From Macrostomum lignano (Eukaryota), in the NCBI GenBank assembly GCA_002269645.1, contig NIVC01003405.1, forward strand, positions 35,446-99,445: DNA of 64,000 nt. The letters run 5' to 3'. Positions 24,684 to 37,200 of the stretch are shown here, in pieces. The notes below the pieces were generated by a model that saw only the letters and a list, made by a program, of their open reading frames with translations, was not told where the DNA came from and ran no database searches. The first letter of the stretch is position 1; each line of letters starts with the position of its first letter. The position numbers and the translations under genes are program-made.

Positions 24684-25226
24684 CATCCTATCCTTATAAT
24701 TGAATAACTGTTTATCCCTACAATAGCAGTAAAAACTAGCAAACCAAAATGAAGCAAGATGTCGACTTAAAAAATTGTTATTAAAAAACTAAAGGATGGT
24801 TCTGTTGATGGCTTTAAGTTCCTGGTATAATTAATTTGTATTTGATAACAACCAGCATTTTTAGAGAGTGAAGAGCGCTGAGACTAGGGCAGGGGCAGTA
24901 GAAAAGCAAAGCGCTGCACAGGGGCCACTGCTACTGAGGTTAAAATATGTATCGAAGCACCCAAACTTCAACCCTTACAAAAATGTCGAAATCAAACGCA
25001 AAAAGACACTATGTGGAACGGGCTGTGAATGTCTAGCAATTAAACTAACATGTAATATTACTGATGCTAATAATGCAAATGCTTTTAGAAATCAATTCAG
25101 TTGGCTGACAGATTTTCAATGCATAATTTTTATTTAAGCAGCCACCGGATGCAAACAGATTGAATGGAATTGGTAACAGGTGTCAAATTTAAAGCAGTCA
25201 GTCTGATGACGTCACGGGTGCCCGGC

Positions 25227-28200
25227 CTAGCCGCTCAGCTTAACCATTCGCTGCAGACGGCGCAGCAGGTTCTCTGTGAAGCCCTGCTGGTCCTCGGGCT
25301 GGTCCAGCTCCTGCGGGCGGCGAAGATGAAAGGCCCAGCAACTGACATTCTGGCAGGCTGGCCCAGCAACTGAGGATCTGGGAGGCTGGCCCAGCAACTG
25401 AGGATCTGGGAGGCTGGCCCAGCAACTGAGGATCTGGGAGACTGGGAGACTGACCCAGCAACTGAGGATCTGGGAGACTGTGAGACTGACCCAGAAACTG
25501 AGGATCTGGGAGACTGGGAGACTGACCCAGCAACTGAGGATCTGGGAGACTGACCCAGCAACTGAGGATCTGGGAGACTGGGAGACTGACCCAGCAACTG
25601 AGGATCTGGGAGGCTGGCCCAGCAACTGAGGATCTGGGAGACTGGGAGACTGACCCAGCAACTGAGGATCTGGGAGACTGTGAGACTGACCCAGAAACTG
25701 AGGATCTGGGAGACTGGGAGACTGACCCAGCAACTGAGGATCTGGGAGACTGGGAGACTGACCCAGCAACTGAGGATCTGGGAGACTGGGAGACTGACCC
25801 AGCAACTGAGGATCTGGGAGGGCGGCAGTAAGAGACCCAACAAAGCAGTCCTCACCTTCGGCGCGGCCAGCATAGCGGCAAACCAATCGTCGGTGAGGTT
25901 CGGCGCAGCGCCCAGCTCAGACTCGAATCGGCCGCCCAGCAGGTACTGCCGAACTCGGGTGTCGTCTTCCAGGCCAGCGATCGGCATGGCGGCGGCAGCA
26001 GCTGCCGCAGGCGAGGCTGCCGCGAGCTGCCGCTGCTCCGGACTGGCTGCGGTCAGTCGGCGAATGCGGGCCCAGCGCAGGTAGCAGTCCACGTGGGACC
26101 AGACAGCGAACGTCAGGTGCTCGAGCGAGGCGGCCAGCTGGCCGGCTGAGAGGCGCCAGTCGGTCAGGGCGGCCGACAGCGGGACGCGAAGATCGCCGCC
26201 CTGCAGCACGGAGGAGCCGCCCTGCTGTTGCTCCTGCTGAAGCTGCTGGTAGAGCAGCGGCAGCCAGTCTCTGGTGAGCAGTTCCCGCTGCTCTGGCCCG
26301 AGCTCGTTGAGACCGTCCAGTCTGCGGCAGGGGTTTCAGTTTCGTTTTTGAGCACTTAGTCACACACCAGCAGACTCAGACAGGCACTCAGTCACACACT
26401 AGCAGACTCAGACAGGCACTCAGTCACACACCAGCAGACTCAGACAGGCACTCAGTCACACACCTGTGCGCCAGCGTCTTGGCCCCGACGGCGGCGGCAC
26501 CGGCGCGAGTGAGGCAGGCGCGGGTCAGGCGCAGTAGGTGGCCGAGGCAGGGGCGTCCGCCAGCTGCCGGCTCGCTGGGTGACAGGTAGGGCGGCAGCAG
26601 AGCCGAGGACGCAACGCTCCCGTCGTGCTGCTGTTTCTGGTCCTGTTGCTGCTGCTGCTGCAGGTGCAAATCGCAGGCCAGCAGCCTGGCCAGCAAGCCG
26701 GTGAGAGCGGCCAGTGCGTCGGAACGCCGGAGAAGCAGCCGATGGTCGATTGGGCCAGACGGGGATGCAGCCGCCGCTGCTGACGATGAAGCGGCCGCTG
26801 CTGACGATGAAGCGGCCGCATCCGCCTGCTTCTGCGGCAGCTGCAGGGCAATGGGCGCCACATTGGCAAGCGCCTCGGACAGCCAGCGCTCCACCCGGCC
26901 TAGGAGAGGCGAGCGCTGGTGAGTCACCAGGGCGGAGCAGCACTGGCGGAGTAGGCCGGCAAATAGGCTGAGCTCCTCCCACTGCTCGGGGTCGTCTGGG
27001 CACCTGCAGTGCGGGTCGAGTTGGGGAGGATTCAGAGCGACTCATGTGATGTACAGGGTATTCTGCAGTGATGACAATAGGAGTGACGCTGTGAGTGACA
27101 ATAGGACTGCCACTTCGAGGGACAATACGAGTGACACGGCGAGTGACAATAGGGATGACATTGCGAGTGAAAATAAAAGATTTATCATTACCTAACAGCG
27201 AGCCCGCTGCACGCGCTGAAAGCGTCCCAGTGCCGGTCGACAAACAGCAGCGCCTGCTGGGCAGCCAGTTGATTCTTCCAGCCGAGCGACGCCATCAGGG
27301 CGCCCGCCGCGCGCAGCGCCGGCATGAGCAGCAGGCGGTAGCGAACCGCCGGCTCCGGCCCGACGCCCAGCCAGGCCGGATCGACGCCGAAGTCCATCGC
27401 CGAAGCTGCTGAGCCAGACGATGTCGACGTAGGGGGTGGCGGCGGAGGCCGACGTCCGAAAGCGGCGCAGTCGGCGAGCCGGGCGATGGCGCCGGCGTGA
27501 AGGAGCGCCGAGGCGCCGGCCTGGCTGGAGGCCAATCGGCAGAGCAGCGCCAGGCGCGAGGCGGCCAGGAACAGCGGCGCCAGGGTGGCGGCCTCCGAGT
27601 TGGCGGCATCGTCGCTACCGGACACAGCGGGGCTGACGGCGGCCTGCAGGGCCTCGGAGTCGGCGGCCAAAGCATCGACAAAGTGGTCCAGGTAGCCTCG
27701 GCTGGTCAAGTGGGTCTGCCAGTCGGCCGAGCCGGCCGGGTCCAGGCGCATCGCCGAGTCCAGCAGCGAGGTGGCCAGCAGCCGCGTCACCGGGTGCGCG
27801 TCGGCGGCGTCACGGCAGGTCAGTTCGGCGAGGTCGCGGCCGGCCGCGGCCGCTGCGACTGTCAACGCGGCGACGGCCGGCCGGCCAGAGCGGAGGAGGC
27901 CGGCGGCGGACAGCAGGAAGCAGGCGGAGGCGTAGAGATTGCCGCGGATGCTCTGCGCGGAGGACCGGTGCCGCAGAAGAGCGCGGGCAAGCGAGCGGAG
28001 CAGCTGGAGCAGCTGCTGCAGCTCCCGGGAGCCGCCGCTGGATTCCGAAGCCATCGAGGTCGAGGAGGCGACTCCGCCTGAGAAAATGAGTCATTTCGAT
28101 ACATATCGGCTCGTCGGCTTTGAATACGAACGGGAAGATGCAAAATGGATCTCACCTCTAACAGAAATTACAAAATCTCACCCCTAACAACAATCTGCAA

Positions 28201-31200
28201 AATCTAACCCTTAACAACAATATGCAAAATCTCACCCTTAACAACAATTTGCAAAATCTCACCCCTACCAAAGCTAAAAAATCACACCCTTAACAACAAC
28301 CTGCAAAATCTCACCCTTAACAACAATATGCAAAATCTCACCCTTAACAACAATATGCAAAATCTCACCCTTAACAACAATCTGCAAAATCTCGCCTCTA
28401 ACAACAATCCGTAAAATCTCACCCCTAACAAAGCTACAAAATCTCAACCCTAACAAAGCTACAAAATCTCACCCCTAACAAAGCTACAAAATCTCACCCC
28501 TAACAAAGCTACAAAATCTCACCCCTAACAAAGTTACACAATCTAAACCCTAACAAAGCTACAAAATCTCACCCCTAACAAAGCTACAAAATCTAAACCC
28601 TAACAAAGCTACAAAATCTCACCCCTAACAAAGCTACAAAATCTCACCCCGAACAACAATCTACAAAATCTCACCCCTAACAAAGCTACAAAATCTCACC
28701 CCTAACAAAGCTACAAAATCTCACCCCTAACAAAGCTACAAAATCTAAACCCTAACAAAGCTACAAAATCTAAACCCTAACAAAGCTACAAAATCTAAAC
28801 CCTAACAAAGCTACAAAATCTAAACCCTAACAAAGCTACAAAATCTCACCCCGAACAACAATCTACAAAATCTCACCCCTACTAAAGCTACAAAATCTCA
28901 CCTATTTATCCTAGAGAACTAAAAAACATGCATAATCCAAAACGCATATGAGCTACAATCCCTCACCAACGGTGGGCGAAGCGGTCCGCACGCTGGAGTG
29001 TCGGTCAGCTGCCTGAAGCACGGAAGAAGCCGTGGAATCGTCAGCCAAGCTGTCCTGCGCTCCGCCTGAAGCCAGCAGGCTGTGCACCAAGCCGGAGGTG
29101 AGCAGTGCCACAGTGTTGCTAAGTGACGCGGCCAAGCCGCTAGCGCCGCTGGCATCGCTGTCTCCGCCTAGCGCGGCCAGCAGTCTGTCCAAGAACTCGG
29201 CCAGCAGAGCCCGACGAAGCGGAGGCGTCGGCGCGCTCCAGTCAGGCGGGCAGGCGGAGAACAGCACCTCGGCCGTCTGGCGCCACCCGTCCGCCATGGC
29301 TAAGCGGCCCTGCGTAAGAAAAATAGGATAAAATACCAGTTAAACCATTGTTGTGGGATAAAATCCCAGTTGAACCATTGTTGTGAGATAAAATCCCAGT
29401 TTAACCATTGTTGTGGGATAAAATCCCAGTTTAACCATTGTTGTGGGATAAAATCCTAGTTTAACCACTGTTGTGGGATAAAATCCCAGTTGAACCATTG
29501 TTGTGGGATAAAATCCCAGTTGAACCATTGTTGTGGGATAAAATCCCAGTTCAACCATTGTTGTGAGATAAAATCCCAGTTTAACCATTGTTGTGGGATA
29601 AAATCCCAGTTGAACCATTGTTGTGGGATAAAATCCCAGTTTAACCAATGTTGTGGGATAAAATCCCAGTTTAACCATTGTTGTGGGATAAAATCCCAGT
29701 TTAACCAATGTTGTGGGATAAAATCCCAGTTTAACCATTGTTGTGGGATAAAATCCCAGTTTAACCATTGTTGTGGGATAAAATCCCAGTTTAACCATTG
29801 TTGTGGGATAAAATCCCAGTTCAACCATTGTTGTGGGATAAAATCCCAGTTTAACCATTTTTGTGGGATAAAATCCTAGTTTAACCAATGTTGTGGGATA
29901 AAATCCCAGTTTAACCATTGTTGTGGGATAAAATCCCAGTTTAACCATTGTTGTGGGATAAAATCCCAGTTCAACCATTGTTGTGGGATAAAATCCCAGT
30001 TTAACCATTGTTGTGGGATAAAATCCCAGTTTAACCATTGTTGTGGGATAAAATCCCAGTTTAACCATTGTTGTGGGATAAAATCCCAGTTTAACCATTG
30101 TTGTGGGATAAAATCCCAGTTCAACCATTGTGGTGGGATAAAATCCCAGTTTAACCATTGTTGTGGGATAAAATCCCAGTTTAACCATTGTTGTGGGTTA
30201 AAAAATCCCAGTTTAACAATTGTTGTGGGATAAAATCCCAGTTTAACGATTGTTGTGATATAAAATCCCAGTTTAACCATTGTTGTGGGATAAAATCCCA
30301 GTTTAACCATTGTTGTGGGATAAAATCCCAGTTTAACCATTGTGGTGGGATAAAATCCCAGTTTAACCATTGTTGTGGGATAAAATCCCAGTTTAACCAT
30401 TGTTGTGGGATAAAATCCCAGTTTAACCATTGTTGTGGGATAAAATCCCAGTTTAACCATTGTTGTGGGATAAAATCCCAGTTCAACCATTGTGGTGGGA
30501 TAAAATCCCAGTTTAACCATTGTTGTGGGATAAAATCCCAGTTTAACCATTGTTGTGGGTTAAAAAATCCCAGTTTAACAATTGTTGTGGGATAAAATCC
30601 CAGTTTAACGATTGTTGTGATATAAAATCCCAGTTTAACCATTGTTGTGGGATAAAATCCCAGTTTAACCATTGTTGTGGGATAAAATCCCAGTTTAACC
30701 ATTGTTGTGGGATAAAATCCCAGTTTAACCATTGTTGTGGGATAAAATCCCAGTTTAACCATTGTTGTGGGATAAAATCCCAGTTTAACCATTGTTGTGG
30801 GATAAAATCCCAGTTTAACCATTGTTGTGGGATAAAATCCCAGTTTAACCATTGTTGTGGGATAAAATCCCAGTTTAACCATTGTTGTGGGATAAAATCC
30901 CAGTTTAACCATTGTTGTGGGATAAAATCCCAGTTCAACCATTGTTGTGGGATAAAATCCCAGTTTAACGATTGTTGTGATATAAAATCCCAGTTTAACC
31001 ATTGTTGTGGGATAAAATCCCAGTTTAACCATTGTTGTGGGATAAAATCCCAGTTTAACCATTGTTGTGGGATAAAATCCCAGTTTAACCATTGTTGTGG
31101 GATAAAATCCCAGTTTAACCATTTTTGTGGGATAAAATCCCAGTTCAACCATTGTGGTGGGATAAAATCCCAGTTTAACCATTGTTGTGGGATAAAATCC

Positions 31201-34200
31201 CAGTTTAACCATTGTTGTGGGTTAAAAAATCCCAGTTTAACAATTGTTGTGGGATAAAATCCCAGTTTAACGATTGTTGTGATATAAAATCCCAGTTTAA
31301 CCATTGTTGTGGGATAAAATCCCAGTTTAACCATTGTTGTGGGATAAAATCCCAGTTTAACCATTGTTGTGGGATAAAATCCCAGTTTAACCATTGTTGT
31401 GGGATAAAATCCCAGTTCAACCATTGTGGTGGGATAAAATCCCAGTTTAACCATTGTTGTGGGATAAAATCCCAGTTTAACCATTGTTGTGGGTTAAAAA
31501 ATCCCAGTTTAACAATTGTTGTGGGATAAAATCCCAGTTTAACGATTGTTGTGATATAAAATCCCAGTTTAACCATTGTTGTGGGATAAAATCCCAGTTT
31601 AACCATTGTTGTGGGATAAAATCCCAGTTTAACCATTGTGGTGGGATAAAATCCCAGTTTAACCATTGTTGTGGGATAAAATCCCAGTTTAACCATTGTT
31701 GTGGGATAAAATCCCAGTTTAACCATTGTTGTGGGATAAAATCCCAGTTTAACCATTGTTGTGGGATAAAATCCCAGTTCAACCATTGTGGTGGGATAAA
31801 ATCCCAGTTTAACCATTGTTGTGGGATAAAATCCCAGTTTAACCATTGTTGTGGGTTAAAAAATCCCAGTTTAACAATTGTTGTGGGATAAAATCCCAGT
31901 TTAACGATTGTTGTGATATAAAATCCCAGTTTAACCATTGTTGTGGGATAAAATCCCAGTTTAACCATTGTTGTGGGATAAAATCCCAGTTTAACCATTG
32001 TTGTGGGATAAAATCCCAGTTTAACCATTGTTGTGGGATAAAATCCCAGTTTAACCATTGTTGTGGGATAAAATCCCAGTTTAACCATTGTTGTGGGATA
32101 AAATCCCAGTTTAACCATTGTTGTGGGATAAAATCCCAGTTTAACCATTGTTGTGGGATAAAATCCCAGTTTAACCATTGTTGTGGGATAAAATCCCAGT
32201 TTAACCATTGTTGTGGGATAAAATCCCAGTTCAACCATTGTTGTGGGATAAAATCCCAGTTTAACGATTGTTGTGATATAAAATCCCAGTTTAACCATTG
32301 TTGTGGGATAAAATCCCAGTTTAACCATTGTTGTGGGATAAAATCCCAGTTTAACCATTGTTGTGGGATAAAATCCCAGTTTAACCATTGTTGTGGGATA
32401 AAATCCCAGTTCAACCATTGTGGTGGGATAAAATCCCAGTTTAACCATTGTTGTGGGATAAAATCCCAGTTTAACCATTGTTGTGGGTTAAAAAATCCCA
32501 GTTTAACAATTGTTGTGGGATAAAATCCCAGTTTAACGATTGTTGTGATATAAAATCCCAGTTTAACCATTGTTGTGGGATAAAATCCCAGTTTAACCAT
32601 TGTTGTGGGATAAAATCCCAGTTTAACCATTGTTGTGGGATAAAATCCCAGTTTAACCATTGTTGTGGGATAAAATCCCAGTTTAACCATTGTTGTGGGA
32701 TAAAATCCCAGTTTAACCATTGTTGTGGGATAAAATCCCAGTTTAACCATTGTTGTGGGATAAAATCCCAGTTTAACCATTGTTGTGGGATAAAATCCCA
32801 GTTTAACCATTGTTGTGGGATAAAATCCCAGTTTAACCATTGTTGTGGGATAAAATCCCAGTTCAACCATTGTTGTGGGATAAAATCCCAGTTTAACGAT
32901 TGTTGTGATATAAAATCCCAGTTTAACCATTGTTGTGGGATAAAATCCCAGTTTAACCATTGTTGTGGGATAAAATCCCAGTTTAACCATTGTTGTGGGA
33001 TAAAATCCCAGTTTAACCATTGTTGTGGGATAAAATCCCAGTTTAACCATTGTTGTGGGATAAAATCCCAGTTCAACCATTGTGGTGGGATAAAATCCCA
33101 GTTTAACCATTGTTGTGGGATAAAATCCCAGTTTAACCATTGTTGTGGGTTAAAAAATCCCAGTTTAACAATTGTTGTGGGATAAAATCCCAGTTTAACG
33201 ATTGTTGTGATATAAAATCCCAGTTTAACCATTGTTGTGGGATAAAATCCCAGTTTAACCATTGTTGTGGGATAAAATCCCAGTTTAACCATTGTTGTGG
33301 GATAAAATCCCAGTTTAACCATTGTTGTGGGATAAAATCCCAGTTCAACCATTGTGGTGGGATAAAATCCCAGTTTAACCATTGTTGTGGGATAAAATCC
33401 CAGTTTAACCATTGTTGTGGGTTAAAAAATCCCAGTTTAACAATTGTTGTGGGATAAAATCCCAGTTTAACGATTGTTGTGATATAAAATCCCAGTTTAA
33501 CCATTGTTGTGGGATAAAATCCCAGTTCTGAATACATCTTAACACATGTTTTTAAGCAACCCTTCCGCTGCTCACCTGCTCGGCCAGGCGCCGGGCGTTG
33601 CGCTTCTCGGCAAGCCGCAGCACCAGCCGAATCTCCGCCTCCAGCTCAGCCCGCTGTTGAACGCCGGCCCCTGAGGCGGCGGCGGCCGCGGCGGCACCAG
33701 AGTAGAGATTGGCGGCCAGGGCCTGCAGGCTGGTGACGCGGGCCCCGGCCGGCAGCTGCTCCTCGCAGGCGCGCAGCATCTCCTCCACGCTGTGCCGATT
33801 GAGATGGCGCAGCCGGGTCGCGCCGCCCAGGAGCTCCGGCCGGGCCGTTCGCGACGCTGCAGTGACGGCCGTTGATTCGTCGTCAATGTCGACGACCGTG
33901 CCAGAGGCGGCGGCGGCGATTTCGTCGTCGTCGTCGGCCAATTCAGCGGCGAGCAGCTTCTCGCTGGCCAGGCTGTCCAGCAGCGACAGCAGGGTGTCGT
34001 CCCGCTGCGGGGCCCCGTAGCTGTACACCTGATCCAGGGCGCTTCGCTCTGCGCCGCTGGTCCAATCGGCGCCGAGCAGGGCGCGCACCAGTTTGACGGC
34101 GTGGCCGCGCTGATTTGACAGGGCGGCGCAGCGAAGGTCAACAGCTAGCAGGCGGAGTAGCCAGGCCTTCTGCAGGCGACCGAGTGCCTGGCGTCTGGGC

Positions 34201-37200
34201 GTCAGCGCCTGCGAGTGAGGGTTGCTCATTTTTTAAAATCTTGTAGGTTAAAAGCAGTTACCGATTTGCTTTTAATGCGCCTCTATGCTTTTAATGTGCC
34301 GCTGCCTTAAAACTAAAAAATGGATTTGATGTGCCGCTAACACCTTAACTATCGATCCCTTTGATGTGCCGCTACCCTATAACTACCGATGGCTTTGATG
34401 TGCCGCTACCCCATAACTACCGATGGCTTTGATGTGCCGCTTCCCCATAACTACCAATGGCTTTGATGTGCCGCTTCCCCATAAATTAATGGCTTTGATG
34501 TGCCGCTTCCCCATAACTATTAATGGCTTTGATGTGCCGCTACCGCATAATTATCGATCCCTTTGATGTGCCGCTACCCCATAACTATCGGTCCCTTTGA
34601 TGTGCCGCTACCCCATAACTACCGATGGCTTTGATGTGCCGCTACCGCATAATTATCGATCCCTTTGATGTGCCGCTACCCCATAATTATCGATCCCTTT
34701 GATGTGCCGCTACCCCATAATTATCGATCCCTTTGATATGCCGCTACCCCATAACTATCGGTCCCTTTGATGTGCCGCTTCCCCATAACTACCAATGGCT
34801 TTGATGTGCCGCTTCCCCATAAATTAATGGCTTTGATGTGCCGCTACCGCATAATTATCGATCCCTTTGATGTGCCGCTACCCCATAACTATCGGTCCCT
34901 TTGATGTGCCGCTACCCCATAACTACCGATGGCTTTGATGTGCCGCTACCGCATAATTATCGATCCCTTTGATGTGCCGCTACCCCATAATTATCGATCC
35001 CTTTGATGTGCCGCTACCCCATAATTATCGATCCCTTTGATATGCCGCTACCCCATAACTATCGGTCCCTTTGATGTGCCGCTACCCCATAACTACCGAT
35101 GGCTTTGATGTGCCGCTTCCCCATAACTACCAATGGCTTTGATGTGCCGCTTCCCCATAAATTAATGGCTTTGATGTGCCGCTACCCCATAACTACCGAT
35201 GGCTTTGATGTGCCGCTACCGCATAATTATCGATCCCTTTGATGTGCCGCTACCGCATAATTATCGATCCCTTTGATGTGCCGCTACCGCATAATTATCG
35301 ATCCCTTTGATGTGCCGCTACCCCATAATTATCGATCCCTTTGATATGCCGCTACCCCATAACTATCGGTCCCTTTGATGTGCCGCTACCCCATAACTAC
35401 CGATGGCTTTGATGTGCCGCTTCCCCATAACTACCAATGGCTTTGATGTGCCGCTTCCCCATAACTACCAATGGCTTTGATGTGCCGCTTCCCCATAAAT
35501 TAATGGCTTTGATGTGCCGCTACCCCATAATGATCGACCCCTTTGATGTGCCGCTACTGCATAATCATCGATGATTTTGATGAACCACGCCACCCTTCAA
35601 TATATTTTGTAAGAATATCTGCCTTTCGATTTGCTAATTATAACTGTACCTGCGGTTGCTGGCGCCGAGCGGAGGCCAGCAGGAAGGCCAACTGGCCGGC
35701 TAAGAACTCGGAGCCGGCGCGGAGGTAGCGCAGGAAACTCGGCGAAGTGTCGACATTGACGGCCAGACAGAAGGCCAGACGGTAGGCCAGAGCAAAGTCG
35801 GCATGTTCGCTGTCCGCAAAGACAGCTGTGGCAGCGGGATCGGCGGCCCGACGCATCAGGGACATCAGCGAGTGCAGGCAGGTCTTGGGATAGCCATTGA
35901 CGCCGGGTTCCTGCAGTCAGATTTCAGATTGCAATATGAAGTAATTTTTTATATGGCATTATGGACACCCAATCACTGCAGCCGCACAAATACCGTTGCC
36001 ATGACAACCAAAGCACTACTGCGCTTAGAATTAGGGCACTACCGTTGCCATGGCAACGAAATCACTACTGCGCTTAGAATTAGGGTACTACCGTTGCTAT
36101 GGCAACCAAATCACTACTGCGCTTAGAATTATGGCACTACAGTTGCTATGGCAACTAAATAACTACTGCGCTTTGAACTATGGCACCACAGTTGCTATGG
36201 CAACTAAATAACTACTGCGCTTTGAACTATGGCACCACAGTTGCTATGGCCGCTGCCAAGGAAAACAGACGCGCACCTGCAGTTGAGTTTCGGCAAGCCG
36301 GCCGTCCATCCGGTAGCCCAGCAGGAAGTGGGCCAGGTTGGGGGCCGACCGGTCCAGGCAGTGCAGCAGCAGCAGCAGGACGCTGGTGCGGCAGGCCGGA
36401 GCCGCCTCGGCGGCCAGCGCGGCAAACTCGGCCTCCTGACGCTGGCCGGTCTCCTCGACATCCTCGGCGTCATCGGCTAGCGTTGCCATGGCCGTTGCTA
36501 TGGAAGCCATATTAGTTGAAACCAAAGCGGCCGCCCGTTCGATAGCCGAAGCGGATACGACGCTGGCGTCCATCAGTGCCAGAGCGTCGGCCTCTTCAGC
36601 AGCCGACGCCACCGCCGGCTGGTCGGCCTCCAGCCAGCAGGCGAAGCCGCGCAGAATTTCGCGCCGCGTGTCGGCGTCGGACAGCAGGGCGCCGATCAGG
36701 CCGCTGTGCGGCTGCGTCTGACCAACGGCGCGCCGAAAAATGCTAAGCGCGAGGCGCGCGTGATGCGGCGCTGTGTCGGCCTGGCCGACAATGCGGCACA
36801 GGCTGGCCAGGTGGTCCGGGCGCCGGCTGCCCGCCAGGCTTACCGTGGCCAGCAGCTGGGCTGGCCGGACGCCGAGGCCGCCGCCGACGCTGCCGCCGCC
36901 GAATTCTCTGCGAGTTTGAATTGGGATCGGGTAGAGTGGGAGCCGGTTGAAGTAGCTGTAGATTTGGCGCTAAATATGGAACTCAAGCAGCTGTAGATCT
37001 GGCGCTAGATATGGGACTCAAGCAGCTGTAGATCTGGCGCTAGATATGGAACTCAAACAGCTGTAGATCTGGCGCTAGATATGGAACTTAAGTAGCTGTA
37101 GATTTGGCGCTAGATATGGAACTCAAGCAGCTGTAGATCTGGCGCTAGATATGGAACTCAAGTAGCTGTAGATTTGGCGCTAGATATGGAACTCAAGTAG

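Noticed and set aside
25917-28155. Many overlapping alternative-frame and antisense ORFs over NUP205 exons (also 33.5-34.2, 36.2-37.0 and 44.5-47.4 kb)
   Set aside because: Expected shadow ORFs of very GC-rich coding DNA, with no recognisable motifs.
28540-28830. Telomeric CCCTAA repeats
   Set aside because: Single aaaccctaa words embedded in a 25-bp unit, not a tandem telomere tract.
29325-33527. 30-bp palindromic repeat array as a CRISPR locus
   Set aside because: Monomers abut with no unique spacers, no cas genes are present, and the array lies inside a spliceosomal intron.
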